Assembly: GCA_977017645.1 (NCBI GenBank)
Contig: OZ360253.1
Coordinates: forward strand, 30,318,001-30,382,000
Reading direction: 5' to 3'
Source: Torpedo marmorata
Taxonomy: Eukaryota
Length of the DNA stretch: 64,000 nucleotides
Shown: in pieces, positions 11,194-22,636 of the stretch
Layout: each line of letters begins with the position of its first letter
Position numbering within the stretch: the first letter of the stretch is position 1
The notes under the pieces: model-generated
Told to the model about the DNA's origin: nothing
What the model saw: the letters and a program-made list of their open reading frames with translations, nothing else
Database searches by the model: none
Program-made: the position numbers and the translations under genes

Positions 11194-12031
11194 ATGTGAT
11201 GAGACTGATAAAAAACTGAGTAGGAGCCAACCTCTCCTTAACTGTAATCTTATTTCTTGGCGTCACAAGCTCTGAATTGAATTGTCACAATATTATCCAG
11301 AAAGTCTATTGATTTTGTTTCGTATTCAGAGGCTTTTGATTCCTGAAAAATAATCTGGAAAAGAAAATACACTGAATGGTTCTTATTCAGAGCAGCTTAT
11401 TGATTGCTAAACTGTCCTTTCAATTGGCACTGTTGCTCACGGACATCAATTGCTTTAAAAGCAATGAGCTGAAATGCTCTGATCGTGCTTTTGAATCTTG
11501 CATGAAAAGCCATATTCGGGCCTGCGAAATAACAAAAGGGGATGAAAGGATATTGGAATGGTGACATTCAGAGGCGGTGCAACCTGCAGCTTGCCTGCAA
11601 GACATTCGGGTTCTTTCAATCAATAAACCACAACAAAAAGCCAAAAGGACTCGATGCAAAATAATCCCAGCATCCTAAATCATGCATGGAGCTTGAATCA
11701 CACAGGGAATTCAAAGCCATGCATAGAGATTTCTGTACGATTATGGTCTTGGTCGTAATTGCAGCTCTGTCTCGAGGTACACTGTTGGAGTTCTGTAGAT
11801 GGAGAGGCAACTTTGTATATCATCTGTTGGCAGTGTAGTGCGACAAGGTGCTATCTGTATTGTGATAACCTCAGTGACTGAGAGGAGCAGAAATCAAGGG
11901 TGTTGTTCCATAATGGGTAGATTATCACTCATGATCTGTAAAGTTCACAAACATGTGATTCGAAGAGATACCAATATCTGTAAAACGACCTTCCTGAATG
12001 CTGGATAATTTTTTTGGATATCAATATCAAT

Positions 12032-12272
12032 TGGGCGGCACGGTTAGCATGGCAGTTAGCGCCACACTATTACAGCGCCAGCGACCCAGGCTCGAATCTG
12101 GCACTGTCTGTAAGGAGTTTGTACGTTCTCCCCGTGTCTGCGTGGATTTCGTCTGCGTGCTCCGGTTTCCTCCCACCGTTCAAAAAACGTATGAGGGTTG
12201 CAGGTTAATTGGGGTTTTTGGGCAGCACGGGCTCATGAGCCGGAAGGGCCTGTTACTGTGCTGTATGTCTAA
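12032..12272 (+). mobile_element. tRNA-derived V-SINE (HE1-like)
   Basis: GGGCGGCACGGTTAGC head, V-domain, CR1-like 3' end. Confidence 0.88.
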
Positions 12273-12315
12273 CAAAAATTCCATCATTGAACTTGGAATT
12301 AGCAGGAGGCCATTT

Positions 12316-12850
12316 AAGACCATGAGACATAGGAGCAGAAATAGGCCATTCAGCCCATCGAGTCTGCCCCACCATTCAATCATGAGCTGATCCATTTTCC
12401 CACTCAGCCCCACTGCCCGGCCTTCTCCCCATAGTCTTTGATGCCCTGGATAAATAAGAACCTATCAATCTCTGCCTTAAATACATCCGATGACCTGACC
12501 TCCACAACCACCTGTGGCAACAAATTCCACAGATTTACCACCCTCTGGCTGAGGAAATTCCTCCGCATCTCTGTTCTAAGTGGATGCCCTTCAATCCTGA
12601 AGTTGTGCCCTCTTGTCCTAGTCTCTCCCACTATGGGAAACAACCTTTCTACATCTACTCTGTCCGTGCCTTTCAACATTCGAAACGTTTCAATGAGATC
12701 CCATCCTCATTCTCCTAAATTCCAACGAGTACAGGCCAAGAGCCGTCAAATGCACCTCATATGATAACCCTTTCATTTCCGGAATCATCCTTGTGAACCT
12801 CCTCTGAACCCTCTCCAACGTCAGCACATCCTTTCATAAATGAGGAGCCA
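12316..12850 (-). mobile_element. CR1 LINE 3' fragment
   Basis: TRTRGHNFRI...EMRRNFLSQRVVNLWNLLP peptide. Confidence 0.9.
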
Positions 12851-13204
12851 TTTGGTCCCTTGAATTTGATGCTTTCTTTAATCAGTTCACCTGTACCTCA
12901 ACGCCATGAGCTGGACATAGCTCAGATCCCACCTCGTCTCGTCTGTAACCCTATCCTTACAAGTTCCAATTGGCCTTGAGCATTAACAAGTCAAAGATTT
13001 CAAGTAAATAAATGATTCCTGATTTCAACCCTGATAATGTTTCCTGTTTCTTAATTTTTATTTTGGATTCATTAAACTTTGCTGATGTTTATAGTTTCTC
13101 ATCAGTGGCCCCATGAACCAAATGGCTTGCTGGGCCGATTCAAGGAGCCAATCGGACTGGTGGGTCAAGGGTCACATGCAGACCCACAGACTTCCTTCCC
13201 AGAA

Positions 13205-13515
13205 TCATCGAGTTATGGAAACATGCAGCACGGAAACAGACCCTTCAGCCCATCGAGTCTGTGCCGACCATCAACCACCCATTTAACTCATCCTACATTA
13301 ACCTGGCTTCATGTCAACTGCACCACAGAGTGTACCACTCACTACACAACAGGGGCCAATTAATCTACTAACTTCCACGTCTTTGGTAAGCGAGAGGAAA
13401 TCAGAGCGTCCAGAGGAAACTCCTGCGGTCACATGCAAACTCCACACAGCGACGGAAGGCAGGATTGAATCCAGATCTCCAGCGCTGTGAGGCAGCGGCT
13501 CTCCTGACCGAACCA
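13205..13515 (-). mobile_element. Older, diverged V-SINE
   Basis: Degenerate B box and V-domain; CR1-type 3' end. Confidence 0.65.
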
Positions 13516-14194
13516 TTGGGCCTTCCTTGGAGTTTCAGTTGGCGTGTTCAATGACGATCACAATCCCTTGAACTAACGTCCAGACATTTGGATGTAGTCC
13601 AACAACTTAATCACTGTCTGCCTGCAATGAAGTTTACAGTACTTTGTCTGCGTTCCTCTTTCAAACCATTTCAACCTTTTAGATGCCTCGGTCAGATCAC
13701 CCCCCTCCCTCAACCCCCCATTCTCATGGGATTGCAACCCAAGGGCACTAGCAGTATAATGAATCTCAGTGACCATTAAAATGTAAAGACCACTACAGGA
13801 GGTATGGGAAATGATAACTTGTGATAAAAGCTCAATGACAATTAAATCCATTGCAAACAAACTAAATATATTTAAAATTGAATGTATTGATTTATAATTA
13901 TTTTTAAAATACCCTGAACCTTCTTTCTCTGATAGTTTCAATTTTATCGTTGTAATTTAATAGATTTTCCACTCTCTAAATGTGATGTGATAGCTGTTAT
14001 TTCTTGCCTCTTGACTGTTCAATCGAGCAGCGCCCTACTTGCAGTAAGTCTTAATAACAGCTCAGATTTGACAAAAGCAATGGTCTGTGACTAACAATCT
14101 GTAATGTTTAGCCTCTCCAAGCTCTCGGTTTGAAGCTGACAGACCAGGATTGGGCATATTCAGTAGGGTGATGTTCCCAGGGACTGCCATCAAA

Positions 14195-14820
14195 AGCCTT
14201 CTCTATGTCGGAGAGACTGGACGCAGACTGGGAGATCGCTTCACTGAGCACCTTCGCTCTGTCCGCATCAGTGACAGGGATCTCCCAGAGGCCAACCATT
14301 TTAATTCTGCACCCCACTCCCATGCTGACATGTCTGTCCATGGCCTCGTGTACTATCAAACCGACCACCCGTAAGTTGGAGGAGCAACACCTAATTTTCC
14401 GTCTCGGCACTCTCCAGCCGGATGGAATTAACGTCGACCTCTCCAGTCTCTGCTAGCCCACTCCCCCTTCTTCCTCTCTCTTCTCCATCCCTCTGTCATC
14501 TTTCCTCCAGTTCTCCACCCCCCTTCTCTCTCCATTCATAGAGCCATCCCCCCTCCCCTTGTTTGCTGTTGTTCCCTCCCTCCCTCATCCACCTATTACC
14601 TCCTGCCTGTGGGACCGTGCTCCTCTCCCTGCCCCTCCCTTTCCCCCCCCACCATTTTGTTCAGACGCCTGCCCACATTTTGTCCATACCTTGAAGGGAT
14701 CAAGATCGAAACATTGGTTATGTATCTTTATCTTTGCTATATAAAGTACACTGTTTGACCTGCTGAGTTTCTCCAGGATTGTGTTTTTACTTCAACCACT
14801 GTGTCTGCAGACTTTCGTGA
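14195..14820 (+). mobile_element. Penelope-like element 3' fragment
   Basis: LLYVGETGRRLGDRFTEHLRSV...RKLEEQHLIFRLGTLQPDGINVD, GIY-YIG C-terminus. Confidence 0.92.
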
Positions 14821-15079
14821 TTATCTTCCATCGAAACCTCTCACATCAGAGTGTGTAAAAGCAAAGGCAGTAATAATGTCCCAACATTGCATACGTGTTG
14901 TGTCAATGTGGCCAACCTCACGTCATCATCGCCCCATTCCAGCATGCTCATCTCGGCTCAATATTGCTCACTGCCAGATGTGGTTCAGTGGGTAGCACAC
15001 TCTTCTGTTTCAAGGTTGCATCTTCAGGTCCCATCACGGAGACCTGAGCACTAAACATGGTCCATACAGTGCTGAGGGA

Positions 15080-15821
15080 CACTGGCGTCACTAGGGGGGT
15101 GCGGGCGGTGCGGACCACACCAGGTGACACCATCAGAGGGGGTGACACCAAAATGACTGTCTATAAAATTTTTGTGCAGTGTTTCAGCAGAAATTTATTA
15201 TTTTTTATAAAAATATCCCTGTAGTTAGTTATAACAATAAAAAAAAAGTTGTAAGCCCAGCTTACATGTATCAATATACCTACAAGGCTAAAACTCTATG
15301 CTAATTTACTTTTTGAACCTTCTAATGCGCTGTCATTATTACCCAATTACAATGACGCTTCGAATCACGTGGTTTCGTCTGCACGCGCTACAAGCACGCG
15401 CTGTTGTTTTCATTGCTGCTGGTGTTTTTATAGTCGCTGCTTTTGTCAAATTTTCTGGTGTTTTAGCTACAATATTGTGGTAATTAGTATTTGTGAACCT
15501 ATATCAATAACCTTTTTTGAGAATGCAGTAGTAATTAAAGGAAACATGAAACGATGTAAATGTAAATACATTTAGGCTGTGCGTATGATATTGTAATTTA
15601 AAGGTGTAATTTTAATTTTGCTAGTTGTTTATCTCACTACTATTGCCATTACATTCAGTGATATATGGGAATTACGATTTACGAGTAACCTTAGCACAAA
15701 AAACATTACTAAGGATTCTGTATGGTCAAGTACGGGAGGAGGTCCATCGGGGGGGGGGGGGGTGGTGGGGTGACACCATGAGTTACCGCACCGGTTGACA
15801 CCAACCCTAGTGACTCCACTG
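15080..15821. mobile_element. Non-autonomous hAT DNA transposon
   Basis: TIRs CACTGGCGTCACTAG / CTAGTGACTCCACTG; exact 8-bp TSD CTGAGGGA (15072-15079, 15822-15829). Confidence 0.9.
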
Positions 15822-15907
15822 CTGAGGGAACACTACCACCAGCAATGGTGACTATTGGATGAGAGTCAAGGCTCTATCTGTGCTCTCACTTGCTCATTGG
15901 CCTATTC

Positions 15908-16383
15908 CAGCCATTCTGAACCTTTTTTTTCTTTTGGCTATGGACCCCTTAGGACTCTGCTCAAAGTTTATGGGCCCCCTTCCCTGTGAATTTGAAATTT
16001 AGATAAATGTAGACATAGAGCACAGAAACAGGACCTTTCGGCCCACGAGCCCGTGCCGCCCAATTACACCCGATTGACCTACAATCCCCGGTACGTTTCG
16101 AACAGTGGGAGGAAACCGGAGCCTCCAGGGAAATCCCACGCAGACATGGGGAGAACGTACAAACTCCTTACAGACAGCACGGGATTTGAACCCTGGTTCC
16201 GATCGCTGGCGCTGTAACAGCGTTGCACTAACCGTGCCGCCCCGTGAAGCAGTCAAGTTTTGGTTTCTTCCCCACTTCTCTCCTACTGACCACGTAAAAA
16301 ACAGAAAAATATATTTATGTTACGCGAGGTGAAAAGAAATCAAGGCTTTTACTTAAATGTAGGGCCCCCGTTGAGAATGGCTG
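15908..16383. mobile_element. hAT MITE interrupted by a V-SINE
   Basis: TIRs CAGCCATTCTGAAC / GTTGAGAATGGCTG; exact 8-bp TSD GCCTATTC (15900-15907, 16384-16391). Confidence 0.88.
15995..16243 (-). mobile_element. tRNA-derived V-SINE (HE1-like)
   Basis: Full head, V-domain and tail on the minus strand. Confidence 0.88.
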
Positions 16384-17451
16384 GCCTATTCTCCCAGTCT
16401 CCTACCACAGAACAGATCATTTGATTATTATCGCTTTGGAAACAGGAAAATTTCAATAAAGTTTTCAGAAAACACACGTGCACACAACTTGTTTATCAGC
16501 AAGATGCTTGCTCTCTTGCACTGAAACTCTCTCCAATGACTTTGAAGCTCTTGACTTCACTACTTAATGGTCTCCTTGATGACGTCCCATGTTCTGTTCT
16601 TCATAAGCTTAAGCTCACCCAAAATTCAGCTCCCCACCGCCACCTCCCCACCTAGTCTTACACCATTTCCATATGTACTCACTGAATTAAACAGACACCT
16701 GGTCCAGCAAGTCCTTAATGTTAATATTATGGGTCAGCGTTTTGAACCATTGGGGACATTTATAAAGGCCTTTGATAGCACGAAATGTCAGAAGAGTGGG
16801 GTGTTAATTTCCACCATCTAATGCCTAGTTGATACTCACCTGCCTCTCCTGCTTCTGCAATAACCATGCAACTGAGGTTGGCAGGATTTGGACCATCTCG
16901 CAACAGAAGAGGTGAAGAGAAGCCTGAGAGACCACCCTACAGGGAAGGTGACCACAGCAGCGGACCAGCGAGGGGCTCAGCGGCTGAAGGTCCCACACAG
17001 TCTGCGGGCTGTTGGCGACCTGAGGACGAAGGACCCACGCAGGCCGCGGGCTGTTGGAAACTGGCTCATGGGAACCAGGTATCAGAACTGGGTTTTGAGA
17101 GGGCGCTGAGGGCAAGAAGGACTCCCAAAGGGCCTCGGCCCGCTGAAGGATTCCTGATTGTGTCGGAGGTTTAGACCTGGAGCTCAGGCTGCCAATGGTT
17201 GGAACAGGAGTCTGTGCGGCTGCAGAGGCTGCGGGAGCGCTGGAGACGAATCCACGGACACTCAGTGTCTCTGAAGGGACTCTCTTTTCCTTCTCTTTCT
17301 CCTATTGTTAGGGGCGCCGGGCAATGCTTATGGTGATTCTGTTGCCTTACGGCAGAAAAAACTTGAAGTATATCGTGTCTTTATATTATATTTTTAGGTT
17401 GTACTAGCAGAATACCCGGCGTTGCCCAGGAAATAAAACACTCAGTTGTTG

Positions 17452-19748
17452 AAACATAGAAACATAGAAAATAGGTGCAGGAGTAGGCCATTCGGCCCTT
17501 CGAGCCTGCACCACCATTCAGTTTGATCATGGCTGATCATCCAACTCAATACCCTGTACCTGCTTTCTCACCATACCCCCTGATCCCCTTAGCCACAAGG
17601 ACCACATCTAACTCCCTCTTATATATAGCCAATGAACTGGCCTCTACTGTTTCCTGTGGCAGAGAATTCCACAAATTCACAAACTCTCTGTGTGAAGAAA
17701 TGTTTCCTCATCTCAGTCCTAAAAGATTTCCCCCTTATCCTTAAACTGTGACCCCTGGTTCTAGACTTTCCCAACATCGGGAACAATCTTCCTGCATCTA
17801 GCCTGTCCAATCCCTTAAGAATCTTATATGTTTCAATAAGATCCCCCCTCAATCTTCGAAATTCCAGTGAGTATAAGCCTAGTCGGCCAAGTCTTTCTTC
17901 ATATGAAAATCCTGTCATCCCAGGAATCAATCTGGTGAATCTTCTCTGCACACCCTCTAAGGCAAGAATGTCTTTCCTCAGATGAGGAGACCAAAACTGT
18001 ACACAATACTCCAGGTGTGGTCTCACCAAGGCCCTGTACAACTGCAGCAGAACCTCCCCGCTCCTGTACTCGAATCCCCTTGCTATAAATGCCAACATAC
18101 CATTCGCCTTTTTCACTGCCTCCTGTACCTGCATGCCCACGTGGCCGATGTGAGGAGAGTGTTAAGCAAGGTTAACCCACGGAAAGCTGCTGGGCTAGAT
18201 AACATTCCCGGCAGAGTGCTCAGGGGATGTGCGGCCCAGCTGGCTGATGTTCTCACCGACATCTTTAACATCTCCCTGAGCAGTGCCGTGGTTCCAACGT
18301 GCTTCAAAGCCACTATCATCATCCCTGTGCCGAAGAAGTCGACGGTGTCCTGCCTCAATGACTACCGCCCTGTCGCACTCACATCTACCGTCATGAAGTG
18401 CTTCGAGAGGCTCGTCATGAGGCACATCAAGCTTCTGCTGCCCCCCTCACTGGACCCCCTGCAGTTCGCATATAGATCAAACCACTCCACAGATGATGCC
18501 ATCATTACCACCCTCCACCTAGCCCTCACCCACCTGGAAAATAAGGACGCGTATGTTCGAATGCTGTTTATTGACTTCAGCTCGGCATTCAACACGATCA
18601 TACCTCAGTACCTGATAGGGAAGTTGAGGGGGCTGGGCCTAAACTACACCCTCTGTAATTGGATCCTAGACTTACTGACGGGAAGACCTCAGGCAGTCCG
18701 GATTAGAAACAGCACTTCTAAGGTCATTACATTGAGCACGGGGGCTCCCCAGGGCTGTGTGCTTAGTCCATTGCTGTTCACCCTGCTGACTCACGACTGT
18801 TCAGCAAAACACAGCTCGAATCACATCATAAAGTTTGCTGATGATACAACTGTGGTGGGCCTTATCAGTAAGAACGATGAGTCAGCATACAGAGATGAGG
18901 TGCAGTCGCTAATGGAATGGTGCGGAAACAACAACCTGCAGCTGAATGTAAACAAAACAAAAGAGTTGGTTGTTGACTTCAGGAGGGCCCAGGGGGATCA
19001 TTCTCCTTTGACCATGGACGGCTCTACCGTTGAGGTCGTAAAGAGTACCAAGTTTCTTGGAGTGCACTTGGCGGAGAGTCTCAGCTGGTCCCTCAACACC
19101 AGTTCCATAGTCAAGAAAGCCCATCAGCGTCTTTACTTCCTGCGAAGGCTGAGGAAAGTTCATCTTCCACCCTCTATCCTTACTACATTCTACAGGGGAT
19201 GTATTGAGAGTATTCTGAGCAATTGCATCACCGCTTGGTTTGGAAACTGTACCATCTCGGACCAAAAGACCCTGCAGAGGATAGTGGGGTCAGCAGAGAA
19301 AATTATTGGAGTCTCTCTCCCCACCATGACGGACATCTACAACATACGATGCATGAGGAAGGCTAAAAACATTGTGAAGGACTTCTCACACCCCTTTGGT
19401 AAACTGTTTTCCCTTTTGCCATCTGGAAGGAGGTACCGAAGCACTCGGGTTCGTACGTCCAGACTGTGCAACAGTTTTTTCCCCCAAGCCATCAGGCTCC
19501 TCAATTCCTAGATATATATGTGTATTAGCATGTTATAGTTTTTCTATTGTATTATGATATTTATGTACATCTGCCCATGGTCCTGGAGAAACGCTATCTC
19601 GTCTTACTGTGTATATGGTAATGAACGACAAATAAAGGTGACTTGACTTGACTTGACTTGACTTTCAAAGACTGGTGTACAATGACACTCAGGTCTCGTT
19701 GCACCTCTCCTTTTCCTAATCAGCCACTATTCAAATAATAATCTGCTT
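17452..19748 (-). mobile_element. CR1 LINE fragment (17452-18140 plus 19664-19748), split by Rex1
   Basis: ORF 17619-18140 [33 protein letters not shown]; (TTTCTATG)n tail. Confidence 0.92.
18141..19663 (+). mobile_element. Rex1/Babar LINE subfamily B with an uninterrupted RT domain, 5'-truncated
   Basis: [39 protein letters not shown] and KFADD motifs; ends RLLNS*; (GACTT)n tail. Confidence 0.95.
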
Positions 19749-20764
19749 GCCTCCAAAAAACCCAAAAAACTTCATGGTAATTCTGCATAAATATATTTTT
19801 TCAAACACAACATTTATATTCTTTGTAACAGAGATACACGGTTCAAACAAAGTTGACTTTGCTGTCTCTTGCTTTCTCCATTGTCTAACTCTACGGGCTT
19901 GTGAAGAGCTTCTGCCAATGTTGCTTTGCTTTTTTGGGCCAATATTGAACTGTGTTTGGCCACTTGTTTTTATTCTGAATGTACATTGATGCACAGCACT
20001 GTAACTAATTGAGGTGTCCCTGGTGCAAGTTCAATTTTTTTTTGTTGAACTTTTGAACTTCATATGACCTTAAAGGTTAAATTCAATGTGGTCATGACAT
20101 TCAGCATCAAATGTCACCACAATTATAGTAAACAGTAATGCAAGTCAGTGCATAGTAAATACGTGTATAATAAACAGTAATGCAAGTCAGTGGAAGCTGG
20201 TCAAAAAACACTTTTGAACTTCATATGACCTTAAAGGTTAAATTCAATGTAGTCATGACATTCAGCATCAAAGGTTACCCCTACTGAACTTCCTTGGACA
20301 TTTCTAGAGTGCTCTAGCTGGTCAAAAAACACTTTTGAGCTTCATAAAAATTGCTATATCGATTCCCTGAGGCGGTACATTCATTTTCACCATTTTGTTC
20401 TCCTGCCACTTCAGATGACCTTAAAGGTTAAATTCAATGTGGTCATGACATTCAGCATCAAATGTTACCCCTATTGAACCTCCTTGGACATTTCTAGAGT
20501 GCTCCATATTGATTTGCATGGAGAACAGACAAACAGGCATACATGCACAAATATATATTAGATTATGTGACTATAAAAGGAACCTTGAAGATAAACATCT
20601 AGGGCTACCCCAAGGCAGGTGAATGAGTGACATGCACTGGGCCTCCTGTGATCTGGTCCACTAACTCCTTTTGTACCTTGGTGTCAACTTTTGTCTCATC
20701 AACCCTTGAAAAGATTCTTGAATGCTTTTACTAAGTTAAAGATACTATAAATGGAAAATTTAAA

Positions 20765-20972
20765 AACAGCCACAGCGACCCGGGTTCAAATCCGGCGCGG
20801 TCTGTTAGGAGTTTGTACGTTCTCCCCAGTTTCCTCCGAGTGATCTGGTCTCCTCCCACCCTCCGAAGACGTACGGGGTTAGAAGGTTAATTGGCCACAT
20901 GGGTGTAGTTGGGTGGTACGGGCTCATGGGCCAGAAGGGCCTGTTACCTTGCGGTATCTCAAAATTAAAATT
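20765..20972 (+). mobile_element. V-SINE, partial
   Basis: B box GGTTCAAATCC, partial V-domain, tail. Confidence 0.75.
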
Positions 20973-21279
20973 AAGCCCTGACCAAAAAAAAACCAAAAAT
21001 GCTGGAAACACTCAAGCACCAACTTTGGGAAAGGTAGAAGGATCTTGAACCTGAAACACTAACTCTGTTTCTCTTTCCACAGATGCTGCCTGACCTGCTG
21101 AGTGTTTTGGGCACTGAATCAATACTGGTTATTTTCAACTCAGTAATTCGCTCGATAAATCAGCAAATTAATTAGAACCTCTCATTGGTTGCCATCAAGG
21201 TGGAAAGTAAATTGACAAAGAAAAAAAAATCCCTTTCTATAAGCATCCCAATGCATGCAGAAGGCCAAAATCCTCTGTA

Positions 21280-21565
21280 TAAAATTTAAAGAAGATGTAT
21301 GAGCAAGTTATTTTTCAAACAGAGTTAATGTACCTAGAATGGGCTATCAGGGTAGTGGTGGATGTCGATATAATTGGAGCATTTATGAGGCTGTTAGATA
21401 GACATACGAATATGCAGGGAGAGGAGGGATAGGGATCACATGCAGGCAGAATTAAAATTATCTGGGCACATCACTTAATCTTCTTGTTTAATATAGGCAC
21501 CGTGTTCAGTACAGACATTGTGGGCCTAATGGCCTGTTCCTCTGCTGTACTGTTCTATGTTCTGT
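21280..21565 (+). mobile_element. Diverged CR1 3' end
   Basis: TTTTTCAAACAGAG...GGGCCTAATGGCCTGTTCCTCTGCTGTACTGTTCTATGTTCT. Confidence 0.7.
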
Positions 21566-22636
21566 AACTTCACTGATAGAAGTTTCATCAATGAAATGTT
21601 TTGGGTCCCAAAAGACTCCAGGCTCTAATAAAAATTAATTCACATGTAATATCCTTCAATTTAATGCAAACATAGGACAGGGAATGGTTGAAAAGACAGA
21701 CTATAATAACACATTCTTTCTGTTATCTACAAAATTGACCTGAAGTGATTTATCATCATCCGGATAAAGCCACTTTTTATTAAAGAAGATTTATCTACCA
21801 GTCTGCGTTGTGCACATAGCAATAGCAATGTATTTCATGTAAAGTACAAACAAATTGTTGGAATTATGGAACTAAGAACTTGTGCTTGAATAGATAAAAC
21901 GCTTCTTCCACCAAAGGATTTAATAAAACTACATTGGTGGAATTCCTGAGGGTTTAACTAATTGTGCCGCAGACACACTGTGCAAACCACCTCCTGTCCG
22001 TCAATATCCTTAAGAGATTCACTGTCTCTCTCATGTGCGCTAGGTTTCTGCAGGCAGGAGTCTCCTGACACAGTTAAAAAGCTACTAACAGCCCTCGACA
22101 CCATGGCAACTGGAACATCAGAAAATATTCCAATTCATCGGCATGAAAGATTTGGAAATATTCCCTCTGGGGAAGAGGTGCACGTGATCCCAAGATTCAA
22201 GGTTGCTGGGAACAAAACAACAGCCAAAGTTAATTTATCAAAATAATGCATTTGGTTGCAATTAACACACCAAGTATGTATGGGATGTTTAACACGCACG
22301 CACGCACCTTGCATCTTTAGAGTGCCTTTAATGCTGTAAACTATCTCCAAGTTTCTCCAGTGGGTTATAATCAAACTTCGGTGCTGGGACCCTTAGGCAA
22401 TGTTAGGGGAAATGTCCAAAAGCTTGGTCAAAGAAATGGGTTCTAATAAGCACCTTAAAGGAAGGAGCTCGAGGAGTCTCATGAAGGGTCTGATTACTGG
22501 AGCTCAGGAACTTGCTCAGTTGATGCCTGGCGATAGTGGAGCATGTACCATGAAGAGTGTGTACGGTGGAGAGACCAAGGTATGGAGATGATAGAGTGAC
22601 AGGTTACTAAAGAGATAGAGAGGACTGTGATTCAAG

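Larger units (their letters stand above)
14980..16435 (+). mobile_element. Old SacSINE1/DeuSINE-like tRNA SINE, fragmented by two hAT MITEs
   Basis: TCAGTGGGTAGCAC head, CAGTGCTGAGGGA..GGATGAGA core and ACAGATCATTTGATTATTATC resemble the shark Deu-domain SINE as recalled; highly diverged. Confidence 0.55.
17404..20562 (-). mobile_element. Non-autonomous Helitron (contains nested CR1 and Rex1)
   Basis: Minus strand starts TCTAATATATA with (CTGT)-like microsatellite, ends CCTGGGCAACGCCGGG-TATTCTG-CTAG; inserted between A and T with no TSD; three internal copies of a ~60-bp repeat at 20050-20470. Confidence 0.85.
16905..20588 (+). mobile_element. GC-rich non-autonomous retroelement (5'-truncated); 16905-17403 plus tail 20563-20588, split by a Helitron
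   Basis: Homologous to 30800-31425 and 31955-33957; hairpin TGCCTTACGGCA at about 17343; tail resumes TTATGTGACTATAAAAGGAACCTTGA. Confidence 0.8.

Noticed and set aside
17982-19511. 509-aa ORF as a novel RT fusion gene
   Set aside because: The first ~53 codons are antisense CR1 read-through into a 5'-truncated Rex1; it is a chance chimera with no endonuclease.
21962-22246. 94-aa ORF with caccATGG in unique DNA
   Set aside because: No recognisable domain and no convincing splice donor; CCATGGCAAC may equally be an RFX half-site; insufficient support.
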